Source: a virus
Lineage: Duplodnaviria > Caudoviricetes
DNA length: 64,000 bases
Direction: 5' to 3' (one strand)
Virus record (IMG/VR): IMGVR_UViG_3300011560_000001
Span: 96,001 to 160,000 of that record
In this document: piece after piece, positions 21,569 through 31,863 of the stretch
Numbering within the stretch: the first letter of the stretch is position 1
Layout: every line of letters begins with the position of its first letter
Position numbers and translations under genes: made by a program
The notes under the pieces: generated by a model
What the model was told of the DNA's origin: nothing
Databases searched by the model: none
What the model saw: the letters and a program-made list of their open reading frames with translations, nothing else

Positions 21569-22378
21569 ATGATGCAACCACCAATTAGTAATCTTGTTTG
21601 CACCAGTTATCTTGGTGTGAATAAGAAAGGTATTATCCGTCCTAATGCTGACGGTGCCTACACCTGTATCATAGGCGGATTTAACTGCTTTAACAATACC
21701 GAAGAATATTACGAGCTTGAGCGTTCGAAACCGCTATTCCTGGAAAACAGCTTATTGCAAACAAACGCACGCAATCGTTCGTTGAAAGGGGAATACGGTC
21801 ACCCTAAACCAGAGATCGGTCAGGATGCGACCAGCTTTTTGCAGCGAGCATTACGAATCGAAGAAACGAAGGTAAGCCATTGCTTTTCTAAGATTTGGTT
21901 AGAGGAAGCTGGACGTGATCGTCGTGGTCGTCCTGTCGTGATGGTGATGGGGGATGTTATTCCTTGCGGACCGTACGGTGATCCATTACGTAAAGATTTT
22001 GAAACGCCGCTGGTGAATGTGTGTTTTTCTGTTCGAGCGCTAACCGACCCGCAGATTTGGCAGCGCGAACGTCGTCGTGTTATGACCCGTGTCATGACTT
22101 ACGATTACGTTAACTTGCCTGGGATCGAGTTTGCAACCAAGTATGACTCTCCGACGATGGAAGGGTTTCAGAAAGACGTAGAACAGGAAGCTAAAGCGAT
22201 CATGGATGCGTACGATCTCCCGATTACAGCACCAATGGTTGACGAGCTTGTTATTCGTTCCGGTGGTCAGCACGCGTTAGCCATGTTGTCCGGCGACAGT
22301 CCGGTTATCTTCCTGGATCAGTTACGTAACCACCTACGTTGCGATGTTGTTAAAGCGGGCAGCTTTAATCATTGGTAA
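21569..22378 (+). CDS. Prohead (head maturation) protease, phiKZ gp175-like
   Basis: GEYGHP (His), FSVR (Ser) and TYDYVNLPG (Asp) motifs of the T4 gp21/phiKZ gp175 protease class. Confidence 0.85.
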   Translation: MMQPPISNLVCTSYLGVNKKGIIRPNADGAYTCIIGGFNCFNNTEEYYELERSKPLFLENSLLQTNARNRSLKGEYGHPKPEIGQDATSFLQRALRIEETKVSHCFSKIWLEEAGRDRRGRPVVMVMGDVIPCGPYGDPLRKDFETPLVNVCFSVRALTDPQIWQRERRRVMTRVMTYDYVNLPGIEFATKYDSPTMEGFQKDVEQEAKAIMDAYDLPITAPMVDELVIRSGGQHALAMLSGDSPVIFLDQLRNHLRCDVVKAGSFNHW

Positions 22379-22394
22379 AAAATGTTACGTTATA

Positions 22395-22570
22395 TTGTGT
22401 ACGGAAGTAATCGTTACCGTATTTAGGTGGTTTAGCTCAACTTACATCCTTTTTTGCTATCTTTAATGCCTGCTACCAGGGCCGTTATGGACACCGCGTC
22501 ACATAACGTCCTTCCGTCGTGATGGACGAGCCTCCTTACCCATGTGGGTAAGGAGGTACTTTTTATGCCG
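22395..22570 (+). ncRNA. Candidate structured intergenic RNA ending in hairpin+TATGCCG
   Basis: ~280-nt gap; stems tacgg..ccgta and cgttatggac..gtcacataacg; terminal hairpin cctccttaccca-tg-tgggtaaggagg. Confidence 0.35.
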
Positions 22571-22660
22571 CCATTTTGATGTAAGATCTTACCGGAACTC
22601 ATTATTCTACGGATACATACGCCGTATATGAACTTTATTGTTAAGTAGGAATTTAAAAAG

Positions 22661-23461
22661 ATGCAAGAAGAACGCGATATGCCTAAATCACCGGATGTTA
22701 TTATGCAAGCTTCTGAGAAAGCCACCAAGCTTGCTGTGAGCGTGTATGGGTCATGCCATCAAGAACAGTCTTATGTCGATCTGCTTCATGCGGCTGAGCG
22801 CGCATTAGCGTGGACACTGTATATCCACAAACACGCTTACCAGGCTTCTTTTAATGCGGTTAAAGAAGCTGTTTCACCGATGCTGATTGACCTTGCGGGA
22901 CGTAAAGCAATCGGGACGATATCCACCGAAGAAGAACGCTCGACCCTTCACGAAATCCTGGGCGTGGCCGATGCTTACGGTATTTCACTTGCGGTTATGG
23001 AACCACAGCAGATTACTTTCGATGTGTTGAGCGATCGTGCATCTATCGTGAGACAACAAATTGGTCGCGCGATGGAACATCCGTCATTACCTGCTGTTTT
23101 GACGTATTTTAACACCGTGTATTGGGGCTATACGTTACACCCAGAAATCGCATCACCAGGTTCTGTTATTCCGTGTGTTGATCTGCTCATTCGTCTGTTG
23201 TGTAATACGACCACAGAACCGCTGCGCTCACCGAACGTTCTGTTGACCGATGAAGAATTAGATGAGCTTCGTGCTATCTCCCCGACCGCACGCTGTATGG
23301 TGCAGCTATATCGCTATATTCAGAAAGCTGACGAACAAGACTTCATGTGGGAAGATCCGTCCGAAGAAGATAGCGATGGAGAAGAAGATGCCACACAAAC
23401 GCGCAATTACAAGGTGATTCGTTTCGCGCGGAACGTTGCGGCATTATTGGAAAAAAGTTGA
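22661..23461 (+). CDS. Hypothetical protein
   Basis: 266-aa ORF with SD agga; acidic patch near the C-terminus. Confidence 0.7.
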   Translation: MQEERDMPKSPDVIMQASEKATKLAVSVYGSCHQEQSYVDLLHAAERALAWTLYIHKHAYQASFNAVKEAVSPMLIDLAGRKAIGTISTEEERSTLHEILGVADAYGISLAVMEPQQITFDVLSDRASIVRQQIGRAMEHPSLPAVLTYFNTVYWGYTLHPEIASPGSVIPCVDLLIRLLCNTTTEPLRSPNVLLTDEELDELRAISPTARCMVQLYRYIQKADEQDFMWEDPSEEDSDGEEDATQTRNYKVIRFARNVAALLEKS

Positions 23462-23465
23462 GGTC

Positions 23466-23481
23466 TATATTACCTAACTGA
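23466..23481 (+). promoter_or_regulatory. Early-type (vRNAP) promoter TATATTACCTAACTGA
   Basis: Matches the phiKZ early promoter core TATATTAC; intergenic; shares the extension CTnnnTGA with four other sites. Confidence 0.7.
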
Positions 23482-23596
23482 TAGAACGCAGGGAGTTTAA
23501 GAAGTAAACCTTAACCGACTTGTGTTTTCCCTATGAAGAAAGAATCTTCTGATTTTATCCTTTTGATCGATCGAAAAAACTAATTGGAGTATTAAC

Positions 23597-24076
23597 ATGT
23601 CTGAAGCTGTAGAAACCACCGTAGCGACTGAAACCACTTCTAACGTACGTCCGGAAGTTCAGGCGCTTTCTGATAAAATCGCCGCTGGTATTAAACTGGA
23701 CGAATCTGGTAGCCAGAAGTTAGGCAGTGATTTCCTGGGTACTCTGGTAACGCCGGAAGAAAAAGAAATCCTGGAAAAAGCACAGAAACTGACCACTGAC
23801 ATTGGTCTGGCTCACGGTCTGGCGGTTGGCCGCGTTGGCGCGCAGTTCATGGCGGATAACAAGCAGGTTGACGTTGTTTCTGTGACACTGCCGCTGGGCA
23901 AAGACGTTGTGTCTGCAACCGTTCAACGTAGCGCTGAAGTTGGTTTCGGCTCTAACGAGAAGAAACAGGTTTACGGACGTCTGACTACCGCGTATAAGAA
24001 ATCTTTCCCGACAACTCAGGTTAAGCATATTCGTGACAACATCAGTGCGTATGCGGCCGAGCTGCTGAAAGACTGA
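23597..24076 (+). CDS. Hypothetical protein, probably highly expressed
   Basis: 159 aa; SD ggag; strongly biased codon usage (ctg, ggt, aaa); own promoter and terminator. Confidence 0.8.
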   Translation: MSEAVETTVATETTSNVRPEVQALSDKIAAGIKLDESGSQKLGSDFLGTLVTPEEKEILEKAQKLTTDIGLAHGLAVGRVGAQFMADNKQVDVVSVTLPLGKDVVSATVQRSAEVGFGSNEKKQVYGRLTTAYKKSFPTTQVKHIRDNISAYAAELLKD

Positions 24077-24103
24077 TTGTAACATAACACGTCTCTCTGT
24101 ATG

Positions 24104-24165
24104 ACCCCACCGTAGCCCTGTAATGGGGTTACGGTGGTGGTTATGTTAAGGTTTTATTTTTATCC
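24104..24165 (+). terminator. Terminator hairpin
   Basis: ccaccgtagccc-tgtaatg-gggttacggtgg followed by ttatg and T-rich sequence. Confidence 0.65.
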
Positions 24166-24180
24166 TTTGGGGTTAGCGCT

Positions 24181-24594
24181 GTGTTTTTATACACCCTTCA
24201 ATTGGCCAAATATCGTTGGCTTTCAGACACACGAGCGTTCCTACTGGACACGACGGTGAAAACAGGTAACCCGCTCTTCGCACCTTCATGGGAACTTGTT
24301 ACAGGAATCAAATCAAAAACGTTAACCGAGGATGAATATACCGCAGGCTACTACACGCTTATGCGCAAAAGCTTTGTTGATCATACATCGGAGTGGTTGG
24401 CTTTATTCTCTTATCCGGTTGTGGTGTTAGGGTGTTATTGTCCTGCAGGAAATTTCTGTCATCGTCATTTGCTTACCGATATCCTTGAAAAGATCGCGAT
24501 TCAAGAACGATTTCATTTTGTTAAGGGCGGTGAGATAACCAGTAAGGAACAGCTCGATTCGTTAATCGAGTTTTGGAATAAGGAGTTTGAGTAA
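24181..24594 (+). CDS. DUF488-like protein
   Basis: FAPSWEL...EY...Y and LGCYCP..FCHRHLL motifs resemble the DUF488 family. Confidence 0.55.
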   Translation: MFLYTLQLAKYRWLSDTRAFLLDTTVKTGNPLFAPSWELVTGIKSKTLTEDEYTAGYYTLMRKSFVDHTSEWLALFSYPVVVLGCYCPAGNFCHRHLLTDILEKIAIQERFHFVKGGEITSKEQLDSLIEFWNKEFE

Positions 24595-25133
24595 TGAGTG
24601 TTTTTCTTATCGGCGCAGCAAAACCGAACAACACCGAACTGATGGGTATCGCAGAAGAGTTAGATGAGCACGGCATGATCGTTTACTCTATCGACAAGGC
24701 ACTCAAAAGACTGGAACGATGGCGTAATCTCGTTACAGATACACTGGATCGACGTAGCATGGTCTACGGGTATGTGTTGGAACAGTACGATGTTGCCGAT
24801 AGAGCATCCACCACGCGTTCTGGCGCATTGTTTAAGACGACAATAGGAAGTTACCAGTTTGGCGGATTAGAACTGCTGGAAGCGTTATATAAACTCTCAG
24901 AGGGTATTCATCATGATGATCTCGATGACCTCCGGGAATATGTGAATGAAAGACTTCCATTCGTGATTCCAGACACACAGCTGATGTTATTAACGCAACG
25001 TGAGGAGGAACATCTTTACAAACTTGCCTGTACGGCGATGCGTCATATTCGTCGTTATCGTAATCCTGAATTCATTGAATCTCAAGAATATCCTGACGTT
25101 ATTTTCATTCGTGAAGCTAAGAACAAACAGTAA
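24594..25133 (+). CDS. Hypothetical protein
   Basis: 179 aa; SD aaggag; coupled to the upstream gene. Confidence 0.7.
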   Translation: MSVFLIGAAKPNNTELMGIAEELDEHGMIVYSIDKALKRLERWRNLVTDTLDRRSMVYGYVLEQYDVADRASTTRSGALFKTTIGSYQFGGLELLEALYKLSEGIHHDDLDDLREYVNERLPFVIPDTQLMLLTQREEEHLYKLACTAMRHIRRYRNPEFIESQEYPDVIFIREAKNKQ

Positions 25134-25139
25134 ATAAAC

Positions 25140-25206
25140 CATAAACCTTCCTTCCCTAGCCATCAAGGCCGGGGAAGGAAGGGAGGTTAATATGCTTTTT
25201 TTTTTA
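25140..25206. terminator. Bidirectional terminator between convergent genes
   Basis: ccttccttccc...gggaaggaagg inverted repeat, then tatgc and an 11-T tract. Confidence 0.7.
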
Positions 25207-25208
25207 CG

Positions 25209-26099
25209 TTACACGCGAGGTGTTACGTTTTGATAAGCGTTCGGTACCTCAAAGGTATCGCTGTTATCAAAGTCGAAGGTGTAGCCAACCTTCTGCGCTG
25301 CCACAGCAGGATCGATGTCGCTCAGATAAGCCGGACGGAAATCCGGGTTCACTTTAAGCAGGTTCATCTTATCCAGCAGACGTTGTGCAAAAGCACGCAC
25401 GCCATAGTTGGTCTGTGTTAACGCAGTGAACTGAATGCTCAATTCTACCACGTTTGGCGCGTCGTTCTTGTTACGACGTGATGTCCAGTCGCCGGTGCCG
25501 TGAGGCATCATGTTCGTGCACAGCCAGGCGTTAACCACTTTCTTGTGTTGACGGTCTGGCTCAACGAACAGCATTGTTGCGCTACGATAATCCGCCAGCA
25601 GGTCGGTTGGACCACCGGTGGATACGATAGACGACAACATCGGATATTTGGCATCCGGGTCCATCAACAGATACGTGATCCATTGTTCCAGGAAGTAACT
25701 AACGGAACGGCCTTCTTTCTCGTAGATCCCGAAAGTCGGGTTAGAGCGAGGACGTTTAACGTCAGAGACTTCTTCCTGGATTTCACCGGAACCAGAAACC
25801 GGGACGCTAACGAATTCAACTTCCAATCCACGTTGCAGACCGGTAATCGAATGCGCAACCTCTTCTACCAGCGCCTTCAGATAACCAATCTGTACATCCG
25901 GGTTAGGCAGATAGTTGAAACCACGTGGTGCCTCCAGCAGGAGACAGAACATTTGGTTCGGAATGTAGTTGGCGTTAGCAACGTACGTACCGATATTGCT
26001 GATGTACCCGTTTTGGGCACCCGCACGAATATCGACCATAGCCGCGTTGCTAAGAGCACCAACACCCTGTTCACCGAGTAGGGTATTATCAGGACGCAT
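25209..26099 (-). CDS. Tail tube protein (phiKZ gp30-like)
   Basis: 296 aa directly downstream of the sheath gene; WITYLLMDPD, LFVEPD and AWLCTNMMP motifs. Confidence 0.75.
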   Translation of the reverse strand: MRPDNTLLGEQGVGALSNAAMVDIRAGAQNGYISNIGTYVANANYIPNQMFCLLLEAPRGFNYLPNPDVQIGYLKALVEEVAHSITGLQRGLEVEFVSVPVSGSGEIQEEVSDVKRPRSNPTFGIYEKEGRSVSYFLEQWITYLLMDPDAKYPMLSSIVSTGGPTDLLADYRSATMLFVEPDRQHKKVVNAWLCTNMMPHGTGDWTSRRNKNDAPNVVELSIQFTALTQTNYGVRAFAQRLLDKMNLLKVNPDFRPAYLSDIDPAVAAQKVGYTFDFDNSDTFEVPNAYQNVTPRV

Positions 26100-26114
26100 T
26101 ATGGACTCCTCTCA

Positions 26115-28193
26115 TTACGCCGCTTCTGCTGCTTCGGTGTTACGACGCAGCCCGGTGATGGTAAACGTACCCACGGTCATGCCTGGATCGCCGATAAGGC
26201 TAATATCGCCGTGATAGCTGAAGCCGTTATAACCGTCTTCTTTATCCAGGTAGAAACGTCCCTTAACAGTCACGTGGTCGTTGTAACGACCCGTGGTGTA
26301 TTCCAGGAAGCGTTCACCCATCAGCTTCAGGAACAGCGCTTCATCCATTCCTGTAGTACCGGTGGTTTCTGCCCAGAGACGATAACATACACGGGTCAGA
26401 TCGCAGCCGATGATCACGTTGATCAACGAACGCCATACCGAACGGTCGTTATTGTAGATCGTGCCCCAAGCCGGGAAGAAGTTGGAATTACGGTTGTAGG
26501 TCTGAACATAGTTCAAGCCGTTTTCCCAATCACGATCGCGGACCGTTGCGTTACGATACGTCTTGTTGATTTTACGCATCGTTGTGACAACGTTACCAGG
26601 GTTGTTATCAATGCGGGTACCGCGGATAACACCGTCCGAAGCGCCCATGTAAGTTGCAAGTTTATTAGCAACTTCCAGCGTCAACGGAACTTTACCCAGG
26701 CTTGGTGCTTCGATGCTTTCACCGTATTGCATGAACACAGCAGCACGGCAGGCTGGGGTATTGTAAAGCACGCTTTCTGGATGCAGGCGGTAGTAGTTAC
26801 GTAGCATCGCACCCATGGAGCTTTCTTCATCGACATTCAGTTCCACACCCTTCCAGGTATGGGTTGACGCAATGATCATGACATCCGGACGCAGAGACAA
26901 GACGTTTGCCATCGCTTTCTTCGTGTCGACTTTGTAACCAATGTCATACACGATGGAGAACGGATAGAAAGCCATGTCTTCCAGATCTTCGCCCATTCTG
27001 CCGAACGATTCGAACTGCTGTTTCGCTAACGCGTCGAAGGTATCCCAGTCAACGGTGCCATCGCTACCGTCGATCGCGTAGAAGGTGCTGCCGCCATCAA
27101 AGATAACGCCGCCTTCGTCTGCGTCCAGGACTTCCACCGCGTAGTACGGAATACCGTTGTAGTCAACACCGGTAAGGATGTTCATCTGACCTTCAACGAA
27201 TTCCACGTCGGTCAACAGATGGTTTCCTGCTTCCGCTTTCTCAGCATCATACAGACGCTTAGTCAGCTCGTCGATATTCTTCTGATAGATGTGAAGTTGA
27301 TCCATCGGTGCAAAGATCGGAGTATTCCCCGTTTCATTGTACTCGTAGGCGTCAACAACGACTTTATCAAAGGACAGATCAGTCTCGTCGTCCGGATGGA
27401 TAACACCTGTCTGCAACGCGAACGTTTCTTGTTCCATACCGCTGATGGTACGGATGACCGTCGGTGCGGTACGTGCCGATTTACGTTCAACGAACTGAAT
27501 GCGATACAGGAATGCACCGATGCGTTCGATGATGTCGGTACGGGTCGGATTGCTGCTCAATGCGGTCGGCGCTTCTAAACGCAGACCGATATTGTTACCT
27601 TCCTCACCGCGCCAGCTTAACAGACCATCCAGAATCGGATAGTAGTTACTCTGAGCGTCGTCCGCGGTTGCGGTCATTGATCCGATAGTGACTTCATCTT
27701 TACCGAATTCATGCGGCGAGTCAGCGTCTTTGTCGTGGTTAACGACCCAACGCATTTTGATTTTATTGGTGACTTTGTCGCCGTCCTGAATACGGTTGCC
27801 GTCCTGATCCTTTTTATAGGAACCGTCAGGGTTACGCTGCCAAACCGGAAGAACATCGTCAACCACTTCTACACCGATACGAATACGGGCGTATTTTGCA
27901 TCGGGTGACACCAAACGTTTGGTGAAAATTGCGCTACCGGTTGAAGCCGCTTGACGTGCAATCAGTGTTGCAGGAGAAGCATACTTACTGCGGTAATTCA
28001 ACATTTCGTCACCGTAAACGGTGGACAGGGCGTCCCCTGTTAAAAGCAAGGTATCCTCTTTACCACGACCACCCTGAATGAAAACATACGGGAGGTGAAT
28101 GGGCGTGATCTCAGGGGCGGTTACCGGATCCGTAGTGAGACCCTCTTTAAAGCCCGTGAAAATCGCGCGAGGCGTACTGTTTTTGAGCCTCAT
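26115..28193 (-). CDS. Contractile tail sheath protein (phiKZ gp29-like)
   Basis: ~692 aa; PIHLP, YDIGY and PESVLYNTPACRA motifs; start ATG 28193 with SD aaggag. Confidence 0.85.
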   Translation of the reverse strand: MRLKNSTPRAIFTGFKEGLTTDPVTAPEITPIHLPYVFIQGGRGKEDTLLLTGDALSTVYGDEMLNYRSKYASPATLIARQAASTGSAIFTKRLVSPDAKYARIRIGVEVVDDVLPVWQRNPDGSYKKDQDGNRIQDGDKVTNKIKMRWVVNHDKDADSPHEFGKDEVTIGSMTATADDAQSNYYPILDGLLSWRGEEGNNIGLRLEAPTALSSNPTRTDIIERIGAFLYRIQFVERKSARTAPTVIRTISGMEQETFALQTGVIHPDDETDLSFDKVVVDAYEYNETGNTPIFAPMDQLHIYQKNIDELTKRLYDAEKAEAGNHLLTDVEFVEGQMNILTGVDYNGIPYYAVEVLDADEGGVIFDGGSTFYAIDGSDGTVDWDTFDALAKQQFESFGRMGEDLEDMAFYPFSIVYDIGYKVDTKKAMANVLSLRPDVMIIASTHTWKGVELNVDEESSMGAMLRNYYRLHPESVLYNTPACRAAVFMQYGESIEAPSLGKVPLTLEVANKLATYMGASDGVIRGTRIDNNPGNVVTTMRKINKTYRNATVRDRDWENGLNYVQTYNRNSNFFPAWGTIYNNDRSVWRSLINVIIGCDLTRVCYRLWAETTGTTGMDEALFLKLMGERFLEYTTGRYNDHVTVKGRFYLDKEDGYNGFSYHGDISLIGDPGMTVGTFTITGLRRNTEAAEAA

Positions 28194-28338
28194 TATAACT
28201 CTCCTTAAATTAAGGAAATTGTATGACATAATTGCACACGTGACACAATGTCATAGGCATTACGTAAAATATTACCATTATGCTTAAATCTGTGTGCGTA
28301 ACCCGTTTTCTTACTATGCCGTAATAAAGGAATTATCT

Positions 28339-29286
28339 ATGTTCATCTCTCCTTACGACACAACTGTTGGAACAAAACTCAAAGGGATTGACCGTATTCG
28401 CACCGCAATCGAGGTTGCTTATGTCGGTGGGTTGTTAAGCGCACCAGGAGAAGAAAATGGTGTAAACACCCCCGTCTTAGAAGTTATCGGTAACAAAAAC
28501 ACGTTAGACGATATTCCTTCCTTCGGTCATCCGCTGGTGATTAAAACGGTGATGGATGGACAACGCGTCGTCATCGACCAGCGTGCCTATGCTCGCACAC
28601 CAACCGACACTTCACGCCCAGGATCGCGTACTACCGTCGTTAACGAACGTGAATATAACTTTCTTCAATCACGTGCGTATCTTCAGGTAGGATGGGAATC
28701 CTTGGGCACACGTCCTTTTGAACGTCTTGGTCCTATCCCAATGCGTGTCTTCTGCGATTGGATCAGCGGACAAATTACTCAACGTTTAGGTCTGGATCTC
28801 CAACAACGTCGTGACGTTGCCATCATAACAGCGTGGTACTATCTTTGCTTATTTAAAGATAGCCTTACAAATAATGAAAGACTAACTATGGTGCGCACCA
28901 TCCAGACAACGCTTCGTTACGATTTTGCGAGCATCGGTATCGCAACCGAAAACCTGGGTTATATCCCTAACATGGCAGCTTTCGTAACCGCATTAAAAGA
29001 AAGTAATATTAGTCCCCGTTTGAACACGTTAACCCAAGCGTTGTTGTTTGAAATCACCGCTTACAGCTGGGTTGGGGGTTATAGTAAAGAAGTTGCTGGG
29101 ATTGCTTTAGAGCATCCACCAACATTTATTCTTTTATGCTCTGCTGCCGACCACGACCGTGGTTACCGTGATACCGTGTTGGCTCGTCTCATGGCGGATC
29201 AGCGTCGTATGGCACGTGACGTCAATGATTTCCAAGCCAACATGAAATACCTCCTGGAGGCATGCCGTGGTGTTGAACGCTTCTAA
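28339..29286 (+). CDS. Virion structural protein (phiKZ gp28-like by position)
   Basis: Divergent from the sheath gene; SD aagga; ALEHPPTF motif. Confidence 0.6.
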   Translation: MFISPYDTTVGTKLKGIDRIRTAIEVAYVGGLLSAPGEENGVNTPVLEVIGNKNTLDDIPSFGHPLVIKTVMDGQRVVIDQRAYARTPTDTSRPGSRTTVVNEREYNFLQSRAYLQVGWESLGTRPFERLGPIPMRVFCDWISGQITQRLGLDLQQRRDVAIITAWYYLCLFKDSLTNNERLTMVRTIQTTLRYDFASIGIATENLGYIPNMAAFVTALKESNISPRLNTLTQALLFEITAYSWVGGYSKEVAGIALEHPPTFILLCSAADHDRGYRDTVLARLMADQRRMARDVNDFQANMKYLLEACRGVERF

Positions 29287-31861
29287 TCCTACAGCGCAAT
29301 ACTTGATAAATCATGCTGCGCTGAATGTGAACTGTCGTCCATTAATGGACAACCAGCATCGTATCAAGATGCGCCGTATTACCGGAAAGACCGGTGCCGT
29401 AAAAAACTTTACAGCTTGGCATCGTACATTCAATCTTCCTGACGACACGAATACGTTCCATGTGTTTGTTATCGGACGACATATGGGTGAGGATTTTAAT
29501 GTCGGGGCTGGGCGGTTGTGGTGGCGAGAACTCAGCAAGTTCTGCGAAGTGAAGGGTTCATATTACAACATCTATACCGAGGACGGTAAAGAATTCCCGC
29601 TGACATTGACGTGGACAGGTAATCTGGAAAACGAAACGATGTTGGTCTGTGTGCTAGACCAACCGAATATCGCTGACCTTGGCGTTGGCGATTATTACTG
29701 GCGCACCTATCTCAATGCTGACTTCGCGGAAGGTTATCCAGCATACACGAAACCGACGGGACGTGAAGTGCATGTCCTTGGGGGGATTGTAACCAGTTCA
29801 ACACAGGTTCTGCAGTGGCAACGTCAGCTATACGCATGGCGTAAAAAGATCCAGGAAACCGGAATCGGTTGGACGCATTGCAGCATCAATGGTGAAGCGG
29901 TTGATGATATCCCACCGTCAAGTTTTAAGATCGGTGATAGCATTCAAGTCGTCTATGACGGTACGGTTGTACATCGATATAGCTTCCGTGTAGAAGATCT
30001 TAAAACGTACAACAGCGATCTGGATAAAAAAGTGAAGTATCTTATTCATCCACCGAAAGATGAAGTGGATACTAAAATCCAATATCGCGATGACGTTGAT
30101 ATCTACGTGAAAGGCCCTAACGGAAAAGGACGTTATTACCACACCAACCAGGAAAATAGTATCCGCATGCTCACACATCGCGATTATGGGATTCCTGTCG
30201 ATTATGTCAGCTACTTCGTTGAACGAATTGATGGCGCGGATTCGCTTCGTGATTTAACCCTGGAAGTGGTTGTCCGTGATAGCGGTTTGAAAACGTATTT
30301 AACCTTTGAACATAACCGCATCCACGAATTGTATAAACTTCCAGACGACGTTATCGTCGGTGCGATGTTGGAACAGAACGCCAATATACCTGAGTTCTTT
30401 GCGCGTACGCTTGAAGCCAGTGACTATACGCGTATCATGCGTAATAAGGAAAGCAATATCACGATCGACATGGTGACCTCTGCTTACGGGTATAACGCGA
30501 TGGCGAAACTGGTTGCAGACAGCCCCCAACGTGTTACTGACAAAATGGGTACACTCGCGGCTGAAGTACCGTGGGGGTTGCGTGCAAATGCGACGTTCTT
30601 CGAGTACGATAGTGACGGTCTATTATTGGGTATCACGCAACATCCGGCAGGCCGACATTTTTATCCGCAATATGAAACCACGTCCTACGTTGAGGGTCGA
30701 TCGGGTGTTGGTGGTAGAACGCTTGATTACGTGATGGGTGTTGCCGACGTCCCAATCCGTGAGTGGGCAAGTTACCGTTGCTATAGCGTAAACCTTCGTA
30801 ACGGACAACCTGTTGCGAACACATGGAAGGATGTTACCGATGATGCTTCTGTGGTAACGGAAGAGAACGGGGTAATAAAATGGTCGTTGGATGGAAGAAA
30901 GAAAACCGGTTTAGTGTTGTTCGACACCTACTTCTTAGCATATAAGACCACAATACAACATCGTAACCACACCGTATGGTTGGATGTTACCACGGGTATC
31001 GATGTTGAATACCCGCTGCCTTTCGAACCCGGTCAAATCGAAGTGTGGTTAGGTGACGAGCGGGCAACCAAAAGCTACAGCTTGGTGCGCGATATCGATT
31101 ATATCGTAAAATGGCCAACGATCGTGATCAACGCGAAACGTTATTTCAGTGAAGGGAACACACACACGGTTACCGTGAGATGCACCGGTTTTCCACGCAC
31201 GGACTTAACCGGCGAAGACGTTTACGATACCGGTTGGACGATGCACGGTCAGCTTTCTTACGACGACGTGTTCAATGTTCGTGATGACCATGTTGTTCGT
31301 GTTGTGGTTGGTGGACGTATTTACGATCGTAGCGAAGTGGTTACCGCAGAGGACACGCAATACCCTGCCGACATCAAAGTCAACGATGGGGTGCCTTATG
31401 CGATTTACCATGTTATTGCCCCTATCCGCGGTCTCGTGAACACAGACACGTATTATCTACGCGACAAAAGTCTTGAAACCGATAAACGCGTTGAAGACTA
31501 TATGTCCTTGTATTTCCCTCGTGTGAAGTACGATACGCCGGTAACGATTGAGAACAAATACCAGCTTATCAGTCCAACGCTGATGGCTGTAACGTACGAT
31601 CTCATCAACGGTGTCATCGATCCCGATCCTGATATGCAGGACGTTAAACTGATGGATTTCATGGAGCCGTATAAATGGTTCTATGACTATGATCCTGCGT
31701 TACGTAAATACGATTGGCGGATGGTTTCTATTCATCCACACGACAGTTGGACACCGCTCGAAGTTACGGTTAAACAACTGCGATTCTTAGAACGTGTCAG
31801 TCGTGAGTTCTTGAAAGATCGCGTGGACTTCACGAAGTTTTACACAATCAAAGGTGAGTGA
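29267..31861 (+). CDS. Virion structural/baseplate protein (phiKZ gp27-like by position)
   Basis: 864-aa ORF in the sheath-terminase block. Confidence 0.6.
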   Translation: MVLNASNPTAQYLINHAALNVNCRPLMDNQHRIKMRRITGKTGAVKNFTAWHRTFNLPDDTNTFHVFVIGRHMGEDFNVGAGRLWWRELSKFCEVKGSYYNIYTEDGKEFPLTLTWTGNLENETMLVCVLDQPNIADLGVGDYYWRTYLNADFAEGYPAYTKPTGREVHVLGGIVTSSTQVLQWQRQLYAWRKKIQETGIGWTHCSINGEAVDDIPPSSFKIGDSIQVVYDGTVVHRYSFRVEDLKTYNSDLDKKVKYLIHPPKDEVDTKIQYRDDVDIYVKGPNGKGRYYHTNQENSIRMLTHRDYGIPVDYVSYFVERIDGADSLRDLTLEVVVRDSGLKTYLTFEHNRIHELYKLPDDVIVGAMLEQNANIPEFFARTLEASDYTRIMRNKESNITIDMVTSAYGYNAMAKLVADSPQRVTDKMGTLAAEVPWGLRANATFFEYDSDGLLLGITQHPAGRHFYPQYETTSYVEGRSGVGGRTLDYVMGVADVPIREWASYRCYSVNLRNGQPVANTWKDVTDDASVVTEENGVIKWSLDGRKKTGLVLFDTYFLAYKTTIQHRNHTVWLDVTTGIDVEYPLPFEPGQIEVWLGDERATKSYSLVRDIDYIVKWPTIVINAKRYFSEGNTHTVTVRCTGFPRTDLTGEDVYDTGWTMHGQLSYDDVFNVRDDHVVRVVVGGRIYDRSEVVTAEDTQYPADIKVNDGVPYAIYHVIAPIRGLVNTDTYYLRDKSLETDKRVEDYMSLYFPRVKYDTPVTIENKYQLISPTLMAVTYDLINGVIDPDPDMQDVKLMDFMEPYKWFYDYDPALRKYDWRMVSIHPHDSWTPLEVTVKQLRFLERVSREFLKDRVDFTKFYTIKGE

Positions 31862-31863
31862 TA

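Noticed and set aside
25230-27908. Long antisense ORFs opposite the sheath and tube genes (similar ones opposite chmA)
   Set aside because: Expected by-product of strong codon bias; no RBS or protein motifs
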